Origin: Gemmatimonadota bacterium
Lineage (GTDB): Bacteria; JBHIER01; G020348925
Direction: 5' to 3'
NCBI GenBank assembly: GCA_020348925.1
Contig: CP070758.1
Span: forward strand, 1,630,469-1,665,159
DNA length: 34,691 bases
In this document: in pieces, positions 1 to 8,949 of the stretch
Position numbering within the stretch: position 1 is the stretch's first letter
Layout of the letters: each line of letters opens with the position of its first letter
Position numbers and translations under genes: made by a program
Notes under the pieces: generated by a model
The model's input: the letters and a program-made list of their open reading frames with translations, nothing else
The model's database searches: none
Told to the model about the DNA's origin: nothing

Positions 1-2
1 TC

Positions 3-1082
3 AAGAGAATAAAACGGGCTCTATCCGGTTTTCGAAAAGCAGAGACACATCGTATAAGAGTGTGGCTTTTGTACGGTCTTGCAATTCTCGTGATTGCTGC
101 TTCACATTTGATATCTTGGTTCATTGGTGTGCATCTAATAGTATGTATCATCCATGGGACAATCGGTGGTATGGCCATCGGCGTATCGCTTTTCACAATG
201 CTCCGCCCGGTTTTTAATCTGTTCCGAGTGACTTCAACCCTCAGTAATATCACCAAGGATCGATCCAAGGTTCACCAGCTGCATCTTGGACTTATTGAAA
301 AAGGCACCACGCTGGTGAAAAGCATTCGGGATCTGAAAGAGGTTCTTGAAGGGACATTGTCCTCTCTCATCCAGGAGCATGAGGTTGTCATACGAAAACC
401 ATTGGAGGATGCTCTCTTTGATGTTACTCAGCAGATGAGAGGTGCTGAGGAGATGACGGAGATCGCGAAGGAACTTGAAACTGCCGTGAAAGATGAGATC
501 AAACAGATGCGGGAAAGAGAAATTGAGACGTCAACGTATCTCCGAACAGAAGCACAAGTTCAAATGGTCAATAATTTTTGGAACGAAATTCATGGATTTA
601 TTTTTCTGAACATCGGGTTTGGTTTTTTGTATTATGGCCTCTGGACCTGCTTGCAGAGTTTCGGCATCATGGCTTTTCGCGTTCCTGCTGAGGCATCGAT
701 AACGCTTTCCGATTTCCTCTATTATAGCGCTGTGACAGTGAGTACGCTGGGTTATGGTGAAATACATCCTGCACTCTGGCCGTCTCAGTTTCTGGCGGTC
801 CTGCAAATCGTCATAGGAGCCACGTTTGTTGTTGGTATCATAGGAGTACTGCTCTCTTTGCTGACATCCGATGAGTTTTACAAACGGCGAATCTTCCAGG
901 AAGCCAGCGGCAAACGCCCAGATGTCTATACGGATGATCTGGAGGAGTGGAACGTGAGGATGGGTTCGAAATCAGGAAAACTGTCCGAGGAATTCAGCCA
1001 AAAACTCGAACACTTAAGCCAGGAATTTGATGAAGTCTGGCAAAGACACCGTCAGACATTCAGGGAGATTGGGTTGATGTAG
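3..1082 (+). CDS. Potassium channel family protein (Ion_trans_2-type pore module) with extra N-terminal TM helices and coiled-coil regions; probably 5'-partial
   Basis: Pore helix and filter 'DFLYYSAVTVSTLGYGEIHP' lie between two hydrophobic helices. The frame is open with no stop from position 3 up to the GTG at 60, so the true start may be upstream of the window. Confidence 0.8.
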   Translation, partial: KRIKRALSGFRKAETHRIRVWLLYGLAILVIAASHLISWFIGVHLIVCIIHGTIGGMAIGVSLFTMLRPVFNLFRVTSTLSNITKDRSKVHQLHLGLIEKGTTLVKSIRDLKEVLEGTLSSLIQEHEVVIRKPLEDALFDVTQQMRGAEEMTEIAKELETAVKDEIKQMREREIETSTYLRTEAQVQMVNNFWNEIHGFIFLNIGFGFLYYGLWTCLQSFGIMAFRVPAEASITLSDFLYYSAVTVSTLGYGEIHPALWPSQFLAVLQIVIGATFVVGIIGVLLSLLTSDEFYKRRIFQEASGKRPDVYTDDLEEWNVRMGSKSGKLSEEFSQKLEHLSQEFDEVWQRHRQTFREIGLM

Positions 1083-1336
1083 GATAGAATGAGAACGTGG
1101 AAAAAATCGATTTCTAAAACAATTTTCGATATGACAGGAGGAACAGCAGAAAATACAACCCGTTCCTTTTTTTTGTTAAAAACCAATATGCCAAAAAGAT
1201 ACTTCATTCAATTCCGTATGATTATTTTATTCATAATTTGAAGCTTGAATCCGTATTAGAGAAAACGCGTACAACAAGTCCACGGATAAGGACATTGAAA
1301 AAATATGAATCAAGGAACAGCGGTTTCATTTCTTAC

Positions 1337-1365
1337 TTGACTAAGTATCACACAAATGATAACTT
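1337..1365 (+). promoter_or_regulatory. Putative sigma70-type promoter for the FIST/HK genes
   Basis: TTGACT (1337-1342), 17-nt spacer, TAACTT (1360-1365), with an extended -10 TG at 1357-1358, in an AT-rich intergenic region. Confidence 0.5.
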
Positions 1366-1444
1366 AACAAGAAATAATGGGTAAGAATGGTTATGTGCGA
1401 TCCGTTTGATCGGCAGCGAAATCGAAGTCAAGAGGTGAGTAAAA

Positions 1445-2587
1445 TTGAAAAACAGAAGTGAAAGAATCAGTGTGAAGAGAGGATATTCCCAATCTCAGGA
1501 TGAAGCTGAGGCTGTCCGGGAATTGGCGGAACAGATTGACCAACCTGACGCTTCGGTAACCGTACTGTTTGCCTCTTCGAAGTACGATCTGAAGCGGCTG
1601 GCCGGTGAAGTGAAGCGTACCTTCACCGAACCCGTCATCGGTTGTACGACATCCGGGGAGATTACGCCGGAAGGATACGCCCGGGAATCTCTTTCCGGGT
1701 TTCGTATTGCGAGCGATGAATTGGAAGTGTATCCCTATTTCATTCCCTCACTGCATGATTTCAATTCAGAAAAAATTAATGAGGTGGTCAATTCCATTCA
1801 GAGGCAAATATCACACTCTTACCAGAAGAAACCCGAAGCCCGGTGTTTCGGGCTTTTACTCATAGACGGTCTGTCCCTCATGGAAGAACGTGTTATCGCT
1901 ATTCTGGCGAACTCTGTTTCAGACGTACCGATAGCGGGAGGTTCGGCGGGGGACGATTTGAATCTGGAGAAAACGTATGTCTACTCAGGCGGAGAGTTTG
2001 TCTCCGATGCTGCGCTGTTTGCCTTGTTCATTACGACGTTACCTTTTAAGGTCATAAAAACGCAGCATTTCTCCGCTACCGACAAACGGCTCGTCATCAC
2101 GAGGGCCGATCCGGAAAAGCGTATCGTTCATGAGATCAATGGTCGGGCCGCTGCTGAGGAATATGCTCGGGTGATTGGGATAAACCTGGATGATCTCAAG
2201 CACTTTGTCTATTTTACCAGTCCACTCATGCTTCGAGTTGGTGGTGAGTATTACGTCCGCTCAATCCAGAAAGTAAACAATGACGGCAGTCTCACATTTT
2301 TCAGCGCCATTGACGAAGGATTGGTACTGCGTGTGGCCGAGAGTGAAAATTTTGTCAATAATCTTAACAATACTTTCAATCAGGTTCGTACGGAGATCCC
2401 GAACATTAAACTGACGATCGGTTTTGACTGCATTCTCCGACGTTTGGAGGTCGTAGACAACGAGCTTGAGAACGAAGTGAACGAAATATTAAAACAAAAT
2501 AAGGTGATTGGATTCAGTACATACGGGGAACAATTCAAGGGTGTGCATATTAATCAAACCCTTACAGGAATTGTTTTAGGAGAATAA
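1445..2587 (+). CDS. nosP: FIST N/C domain protein, NosP-like (candidate heme/NO sensor)
   Basis: FIST motifs GCTTSGEI, DGLS, AGGSAGDD, EING, YYVRS, FDCILRR, GFSTYGEQ and NQT. TTG start after a GAGGTG RBS. Lies 2 nt upstream of a histidine kinase. Confidence 0.8.
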   Translation: MKNRSERISVKRGYSQSQDEAEAVRELAEQIDQPDASVTVLFASSKYDLKRLAGEVKRTFTEPVIGCTTSGEITPEGYARESLSGFRIASDELEVYPYFIPSLHDFNSEKINEVVNSIQRQISHSYQKKPEARCFGLLLIDGLSLMEERVIAILANSVSDVPIAGGSAGDDLNLEKTYVYSGGEFVSDAALFALFITTLPFKVIKTQHFSATDKRLVITRADPEKRIVHEINGRAAAEEYARVIGINLDDLKHFVYFTSPLMLRVGGEYYVRSIQKVNNDGSLTFFSAIDEGLVLRVAESENFVNNLNNTFNQVRTEIPNIKLTIGFDCILRRLEVVDNELENEVNEILKQNKVIGFSTYGEQFKGVHINQTLTGIVLGE

Positions 2588-2589
2588 CC

Positions 2590-4761
2590 ATGTCAGGCGT
2601 AACAGAATTACAGGAGCGAGTTGAGACCCTCGAACAGGAAATCCGAAGACTTGAGAGGGTCAATGAGGCGCTCATCAATCGAGTGGAGCGGAGTACGGAC
2701 GAGGCGGGATCATCATACTCGCTTTTTGAATCGAATCTCCTCCTTCAGAACAAGATTAAAGAACATTCTGGTAGACTGATTCATATTAATCGGGATCTCC
2801 AGCGTGAGATTCGTGAACGAAAAGAGGTCGAAGAAGCACTGAGAAGAGAAAGGGACTTCACATCAGCGATTCTCAACACAGTAGGTGTGCTGATTGTCGT
2901 GCTCGATCGACAGGGAAGAATTGTCCGCTTCAATCGTGCGTGCGAGAAAATAACCGGACACGCTTTCGAGGAAGTGAAACATAAGTATGTCTGGGAGCTG
3001 TTTATCATCCCGGAAGAAGTAGGGCTGGTGAAAGGGATTTTCAAGGAATTGCAAGCCGGTCTTTTCCCGAATAACGCTGAAAACTACTGGGTGACAAAAG
3101 AGGGAAAACGTCGACTTATTTCATGGGCCAATACTGCGATCCTTGATCACGAGGGACAGGTAGAACACATTATCGGTACCGGTGTTGATATAACCGAGCA
3201 CAGGCAGGCTGAGGAAGCTTTGCGCGAAAGTGAAGAGCGATATCGCAGCATCTTTGAAAATGCAACAATGGGCATCTTTCGGACCACACCTGAAGGAAAG
3301 GCCCTTACCATAAATCCCGCCACGGCAAGAATCCTGGGATATGATTCCAGGTCCGCCCTGGAGTTGATCGAATCTATGGATAATCTCGCCGAGCAGGTGT
3401 ACGATGATCCTGCGGATCGCCAGGCGATTCTCCGATTATTGCGCGAAAAAGGCCAAGCAATTGTTGAGGTTCCGTTCCGCCGCAGGGACGGTTCGAGAAT
3501 TATTGTAAAGCTCAACATATGGATGGTCCAGGATGAAAACGGAAATCTGCGTTTCATTGAGGGTTTCATCGAGGATATTACCGAGAGAAAGCTTACAGAG
3601 GAAAAATTGAAGCTCTATCATCGCATTTTTATGGCCTCACATGACGGTATTGCCGTCGTCGATCGAGAGGGTAAAATAACGGAGATGAATCCAGCACAGC
3701 TGAAATATATGGGAGAGAAGTGCGGGGTAGCAATCGGGCAACAGGCTTCTACAGGTTTGGAAAAGGCCGATGCAAGAAAGATCATGCAATCATTGGAGAA
3801 GACGAATCATTTCAAAGGTGAGATTAAGTTTCCGGGAAGGAAAGACGAATTCCACTATGTCGATTTGTCAATTTTCCCTATCTACAATGATGATGGCGAC
3901 TTGAACTGTTACGTTGGAATGGGTAGGGATATCACTGAAATAAAACACGTTGTCAATGAACTCGCTGAAGCCAACAAGAATCTCAGAGATACACAGTCTC
4001 AGCTTGTCCAGTCTGAAAAGATGGCCTCACTTGGAATGCTTGTGGCCGGAATAGCCCATGAGATCAATACACCTATGGGATCGATCAGCAGTATGCACGA
4101 TACTTTAATGCGGGCAAATGAGAAATTGAGCAACATTCTCGAAACCGAATGTACCGAGGATTCTCCGAATCATAGAAAAATACAAGGCATGCTCAAGGTG
4201 ATCGATGACGCCAATCGCGTCATCAAAGACGGAACGGAACGAGTGACCACGATTGTGCGCCGATTGCGATCTTTCGCACGGCTCGATGAGGCGGAGATGG
4301 ACAAATTCGATCTCCACGAAGGTCTCGAGGACACCTTAACCCTGATTCACCACGAGATCAAGCACAATATTACGGTGAATCGCCACTATGGGGACATTCC
4401 CCGCATTTACTGCTCTCTCAGTCGATTGAATCAGGTCTTTGTAAACCTGCTCATTAATGCCAAACAGGCGATCAAGGGCAAGGGAGAAATCATCATAACC
4501 ACTTACCAACGCGATAATCACGTCTACCTCGAGTTCACCGATACCGGTTCCGGCATTCCGAAGGATAATCTTACGAAGATTTTCGATCCGGGTTTCACGA
4601 CGAAGGGAGTCGGGGTAGGGACAGGTCTGGGTTTGTCTATTTGCTATCAAATTCTTCAGGACCATCACGGGGAGATCAAAGTTCAAAGTGAGATCGGCAA
4701 AGGGACAACATTCACCGTGATTCTCCCGACGAATCTTGATGAGATCTTGGGGGAATCATAG
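2590..4761 (+). CDS. Soluble multi-PAS sensor histidine kinase (NosP-associated, NahK-like N-terminus)
   Basis: N-terminal coiled coil '[27 protein letters not shown]' and three PAS/PAC units ending GVDITE, IEDITE and GRDITE. H-box [11 protein letters not shown]-box [12 protein letters not shown]1 DTGSG, F/G2 [18 protein letters not shown]. No TM segment seen. Confidence 0.92.
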   Translation: MSGVTELQERVETLEQEIRRLERVNEALINRVERSTDEAGSSYSLFESNLLLQNKIKEHSGRLIHINRDLQREIRERKEVEEALRRERDFTSAILNTVGVLIVVLDRQGRIVRFNRACEKITGHAFEEVKHKYVWELFIIPEEVGLVKGIFKELQAGLFPNNAENYWVTKEGKRRLISWANTAILDHEGQVEHIIGTGVDITEHRQAEEALRESEERYRSIFENATMGIFRTTPEGKALTINPATARILGYDSRSALELIESMDNLAEQVYDDPADRQAILRLLREKGQAIVEVPFRRRDGSRIIVKLNIWMVQDENGNLRFIEGFIEDITERKLTEEKLKLYHRIFMASHDGIAVVDREGKITEMNPAQLKYMGEKCGVAIGQQASTGLEKADARKIMQSLEKTNHFKGEIKFPGRKDEFHYVDLSIFPIYNDDGDLNCYVGMGRDITEIKHVVNELAEANKNLRDTQSQLVQSEKMASLGMLVAGIAHEINTPMGSISSMHDTLMRANEKLSNILETECTEDSPNHRKIQGMLKVIDDANRVIKDGTERVTTIVRRLRSFARLDEAEMDKFDLHEGLEDTLTLIHHEIKHNITVNRHYGDIPRIYCSLSRLNQVFVNLLINAKQAIKGKGEIIITTYQRDNHVYLEFTDTGSGIPKDNLTKIFDPGFTTKGVGVGTGLGLSICYQILQDHHGEIKVQSEIGKGTTFTVILPTNLDEILGES

Positions 4762-5077
4762 TAAGTTCATCGTACAGGCGTTTTCTTTGGAGTCTCTTAT
4801 TGCTCTTTGCATTTATAAAGGTACAGGCTTCTCTCAATATGTGAGATTGACCCTGCGTTTCATAACAGTTTGTGTTGAAAGTTGTTGCAAGGAGCAATTG
4901 GACAAAAGGGAGTTGGGATGTATGTCCCTGTGAAAATGATAGCCCAGCATACCTATACCGGACGATCATGGAAAAAACGTGACCGTTACCGTCCAACGAT
5001 ACGAGCCCGGACACCGTCATCGTTAGACGTAACGTGTTCAAAAGGTAAAATATCATAGGGAGAAGTCAGATACACCG

Positions 5078-7636
5078 ATGGCTGTTCAATATATATTCAC
5101 AGTTCTTGTCGCCGTTGCCCTGGTGTTTATTCTTGTTCATATTGCACATCTGCGAGGCAAAATACATCAGAAAACCCGTCTGTGTGAAGCAGCCGAAGAG
5201 AAGTACCGGGTTTTAATAGAAAACGCCTATGAAGGTATTGGGGTGATTCAGGATGAGCGATATGACTTTGTCAATCCCAGCATGACGAAAATTTTTGGGT
5301 ATTCAAGACGGGAATTGACACATCGGAACAAGATTGAATTCGTTCACCCCGATGATCGAAAGATGATTCGCAGTCGATTCCTGCGAAAGCGTCAGGGGGA
5401 GGAGGTTCCCGCTTCTTATCCTGTAAGGATTCTGACGAAGGCAGGCGATACGAAGTGGCTTAAGATCAGTTCTGCGCGGATTGCATGGGAGGGAAAACCG
5501 GCTGATCTGGAATTTATTTCCGATATAACAGATTTGAAGCAGGTTGAAGAGGAATTGAGGTTATACAGGGAACTCTACCTCAATTCGAAGGACGGAATCG
5601 TCATTCTGGACGCCGAGGGTCGATATATCGATTCCAATCCTGAGCATCATAAGCGTTCTGGTTATACGAAAGAAGAGCTGAAAGCAAGAGGTGTTGATGG
5701 TATTATTGGCCCGAAGGCAGGAGACATATTTCGTGATGGTATGGAAGCTGGACAAAGTATTCGACGGGAAGTGACCGCATATAGGAAAGACGGAAAAGAA
5801 GTGACAGTCGATATATCTGGATTTCCTATTAAAGATGAAGGAGGTGATATCCGCTATTTTGTGGGCATCGGGCGAGATATCACCGAAAAGAAGAGAGCCC
5901 AAGAGGCTCTCTCTACGCGTCTGCGATACGAAGAGGGACTGGAAGCATGTTCACGTGTGTTGATGAAGGGTACCAGTGATGAGAGTTCTCTGCAAGAAGC
6001 TCTCAAATATTTACTTGAGGCATCCGGCTCGAGTCGCGTATATATATTTGAAAATTTCGAAGATCCTGAGAAGGGTTTGTCAATGCGACAAACCCACGAG
6101 GTTTGCGCAGAGGGTATTCAGCCGTCCTTTGACGATCCTTTGAAGCGAGAATACCCCTATGATCCTGAATTTGAACGATGGAAGAGTATCTTGGCTCATG
6201 GTGAGGCTATTGTCGGCACCATTGAAACGTTTCCCCAAACAGAGAGGCATGTACTTGCAGCCCAAGGAATTCTTTCCCTCCTCGTATTGCCGATCATGAT
6301 TGGGGGAGAGTGGTTCGGATTCGTCGGGTTTGATGACTGTAAGAACCTTCGCGAAGGATCTGAAGAAGATATCCGCCTATTGAGAACGGCTTCAGAGATC
6401 ATTGGGACATATATTGAACATAAACGATTCGAGGAAGTGCTTCGTATCAGTGAGGAACGGTTTCGCAGTCTCGTTGAAAATGCGAAAGATGTCATTTATT
6501 CGATGACGCCGGAGGGGAAGTTTACATATCTCTCCCCACAGTTCAAGCAAGTAACAGGATTCGAGGTTTCCGAATATGTCGGGAAATCGCTTGAAGATCT
6601 TTTACATCCACAGGACCTAAAGCAAAGCCGCAGATGGTTAGAAATGGGCATGCCGAAGGAAGAGACGCCGCCAGGAGGATATGAGTTTCGAACGAAAACC
6701 AAGGATAACGGATGGCGTTGGCTCACGACCTCCGCTTCAGTGATCCGTGATGAGGGTGGAAAGCCCCTGGAAGCTATTGGGGTTGCTCACGACATTACAG
6801 AGATGAAGCGGGTTCTGGAAGATTTGGAAAAGGCCAATCGCGAGATTCGTGACGCTCAGACGCAATTGGTGCAAACCGAGAAGATGGCTACCTTGGGCAT
6901 GCTGGTGGCTGGTGTGGCCCATGAAATCAATACCCCTTTCGGGGCCGTGGCCAGTATGCACGACACGATGGAACGGGCGGTGCAAAGAGTGAGAGCGGTT
7001 GTCGAGAAGGCGGATTCGGATGTTCAGGATCGTGAGCAGACGCTGGAGAAGGCATTTGAGGTCATTGATAAGGCGAACGAAGTTATCGACTCGGGGATTG
7101 ATCGGGTGAGCGAGATCGTCCGACGCTTGCGCAGCTTCGCCCGTCTCGATGAGGCAGAACTGAAGGAAGTCGATATTCATGAAGGTTTGGAGGATACCCT
7201 GACCATTATCCACCATCAGATTAAGCACAATATCGAGGTCGTGAAACGGTACAGTACACTTCCTCTCATAACGTGTTATCCCGGTCAGCTCAATCAAGTG
7301 TTTCTCAATGTCCTTATGAACGCTTACCAGGCCATTGTTGGCAAGGGAACAATCACTATAGAGACGGTGCAGAAAAATAATACCATAGAGGTTAGTATCA
7401 GTGATACCGGTATCGGAATTTCGAAGGAGAATCTTGAAAAGATATTTGATCCGGGGTTTACGACAAAGGGTGTTGGTATTGGCACCGGTCTCGGTCTTCC
7501 CATTTCCTACAGAATTGTGCAATTCCATAGAGGTCAGATAAAGGTGAAGAGTGAGGAAGGAAAAGGGTCGACATTCACGATCTTGCTGCCGATGAATTTG
7601 AAGGAATTGATGGAATCCAACATAAAAAAAGATTGA
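5078..7636 (+). CDS. PAS-PAS-GAF-PAS sensor histidine kinase with a single N-terminal membrane anchor
   Basis: Hydrophobic residues ~5-23. PAS ends ISDITD, GRDITE and AHDITE. GAF-like 'GILSLLVLPIMIGGEWFGFVGFDD'. H-box AGVAHEINTP and HATPase boxes present. Confidence 0.92.
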   Translation: MAVQYIFTVLVAVALVFILVHIAHLRGKIHQKTRLCEAAEEKYRVLIENAYEGIGVIQDERYDFVNPSMTKIFGYSRRELTHRNKIEFVHPDDRKMIRSRFLRKRQGEEVPASYPVRILTKAGDTKWLKISSARIAWEGKPADLEFISDITDLKQVEEELRLYRELYLNSKDGIVILDAEGRYIDSNPEHHKRSGYTKEELKARGVDGIIGPKAGDIFRDGMEAGQSIRREVTAYRKDGKEVTVDISGFPIKDEGGDIRYFVGIGRDITEKKRAQEALSTRLRYEEGLEACSRVLMKGTSDESSLQEALKYLLEASGSSRVYIFENFEDPEKGLSMRQTHEVCAEGIQPSFDDPLKREYPYDPEFERWKSILAHGEAIVGTIETFPQTERHVLAAQGILSLLVLPIMIGGEWFGFVGFDDCKNLREGSEEDIRLLRTASEIIGTYIEHKRFEEVLRISEERFRSLVENAKDVIYSMTPEGKFTYLSPQFKQVTGFEVSEYVGKSLEDLLHPQDLKQSRRWLEMGMPKEETPPGGYEFRTKTKDNGWRWLTTSASVIRDEGGKPLEAIGVAHDITEMKRVLEDLEKANREIRDAQTQLVQTEKMATLGMLVAGVAHEINTPFGAVASMHDTMERAVQRVRAVVEKADSDVQDREQTLEKAFEVIDKANEVIDSGIDRVSEIVRRLRSFARLDEAELKEVDIHEGLEDTLTIIHHQIKHNIEVVKRYSTLPLITCYPGQLNQVFLNVLMNAYQAIVGKGTITIETVQKNNTIEVSISDTGIGISKENLEKIFDPGFTTKGVGIGTGLGLPISYRIVQFHRGQIKVKSEEGKGSTFTILLPMNLKELMESNIKKD

Positions 7637-7637
7637 C

Positions 7638-8936
7638 ATGAGATCGAAAATGATGAAAACATACCTTCTATCGATTTTTTTATTGTTGACCTATTGTTCA
7701 ACAATACTCTCTGGACAAGACGTTTCGTCAGACAGTGCTAGTGTGAGCGCAAATGGCAGTGCATATCCGGAAAAAATGAAAAGCCGGCAGACTTGGGAGC
7801 GCATTCTATCCTTTCCAGGAAATCTTTTCTATTTCCCCATCGAAATGGTTTTTAAGGGAGTTGAGAGGACAACCGAATACCTGGATGAGTCCAAGCTTGT
7901 GTATAAAATTTTTGATAAACTGACTACCGATGATGGTCTTAGGGGTGTCAGACCGTACTATTCGTCCCGAGCAGGGGGTGGAATAAAATTATTCCAGAAA
8001 AATCTCCTTAACGAGAATTCGAAATTGACCCTTACACTGGCTGCTGGTCTTCGAGAGCGTCGGCGGTATGAATTGCGGTTGAAACGAGTTCAATTTCCAG
8101 GACAGAATATTCTATCGGATTACAAAATTCGCTATCAGTTCCTTTCAGATGAGTCTTTTTACGGTATCGGAAAAGAGAGTCAGAGATCGGGTAGAAGTAA
8201 TTATGCTCATGAGCAGATCGTCATAACATCATCCTTTGAAAAGCATCTCAATAGGATTTGGAGTGTGAACGCGCTCATCGGATTCGAAGAGAATGAGATT
8301 CAAAGGGGGAGAGACATCGAATATCCATCTACGACTGATCTCTATGCGGATGAGAAGCTTTCAGGATTAAGTACAAAGAACCGAATGGGAAAGGTACAGT
8401 TCACCTTTGAAGCTGATGCCAGAAATCACAGGGGGCAGCCTACTGCAGGCTACAGACTGTTTTTCGGAAGTGCTCTTTACCAGCAGGTTGATGATAAAGC
8501 ATTCGGCTTTTGGAAATTTTCAGCTGATTTTTCAAAATTTGTTCATCTGTTCTATAACAGGACGATCGTTCTTCGGGTAGCCGGGGAAGTGACTGAACCT
8601 TTTCGAACTCGGGAGATTCCTTTTTACCATCTGGCAGAGTTGGGAAGCCGTGAAACGATCCGGGGATTCAGGAGAGGTCGATTTCGAGACGAGGATATGA
8701 TTTTGGGCTCACTGGAATATCGGTATCCGGTTTGGTTTCACACAGATATCGCTCTCTTCGTGGATGCCGGGCACGTTACTGAGGACATTTTCCGTGAGAT
8801 CACTCCCAGGGATGTTCAGGTGGGCTATGGTATCGGCATTCGATTGTTAGGGGGAGAGGATATCATCACAAAATTTGAGATCAGCAACAGCCGAGAACAG
8901 CTGCGAGTATATTTTGAGCTCAATCCCGATTTGTAA
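7638..8936 (+). CDS. Omp85/BamA-TamA-family outer-membrane beta-barrel protein lacking obvious POTRA domains
   Basis: Signal peptide. Omp85 loop-6-like 'ELGSRETIRGFRRGRFRD', plus LEYRYP, FVDAGHV and VGYGIGIR strands. Only 432 aa long. The start could be 7638, 7650 or 7653. Confidence 0.8.
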   Translation: MRSKMMKTYLLSIFLLLTYCSTILSGQDVSSDSASVSANGSAYPEKMKSRQTWERILSFPGNLFYFPIEMVFKGVERTTEYLDESKLVYKIFDKLTTDDGLRGVRPYYSSRAGGGIKLFQKNLLNENSKLTLTLAAGLRERRRYELRLKRVQFPGQNILSDYKIRYQFLSDESFYGIGKESQRSGRSNYAHEQIVITSSFEKHLNRIWSVNALIGFEENEIQRGRDIEYPSTTDLYADEKLSGLSTKNRMGKVQFTFEADARNHRGQPTAGYRLFFGSALYQQVDDKAFGFWKFSADFSKFVHLFYNRTIVLRVAGEVTEPFRTREIPFYHLAELGSRETIRGFRRGRFRDEDMILGSLEYRYPVWFHTDIALFVDAGHVTEDIFREITPRDVQVGYGIGIRLLGGEDIITKFEISNSREQLRVYFELNPDL

Positions 8937-8949
8937 GAAGAGAGAGGGT

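Noticed and set aside
4712-5056. Small ORFs between the two histidine kinases
   Set aside because: No motifs, no clear RBS, and they overlap the kinase end; more likely intergenic or regulatory DNA.
6737-7639. 300-aa minus-strand ORF
   Set aside because: It lies antisense to a well-conserved histidine kinase domain and has no recognisable motifs, so it is a shadow ORF.
8875-8949. Upstream start of the kinase-like ORF given by the ORF track
   Set aside because: It overlaps the Omp85 gene and would bury the lipoprotein signal; ATG 8950 has an RBS.
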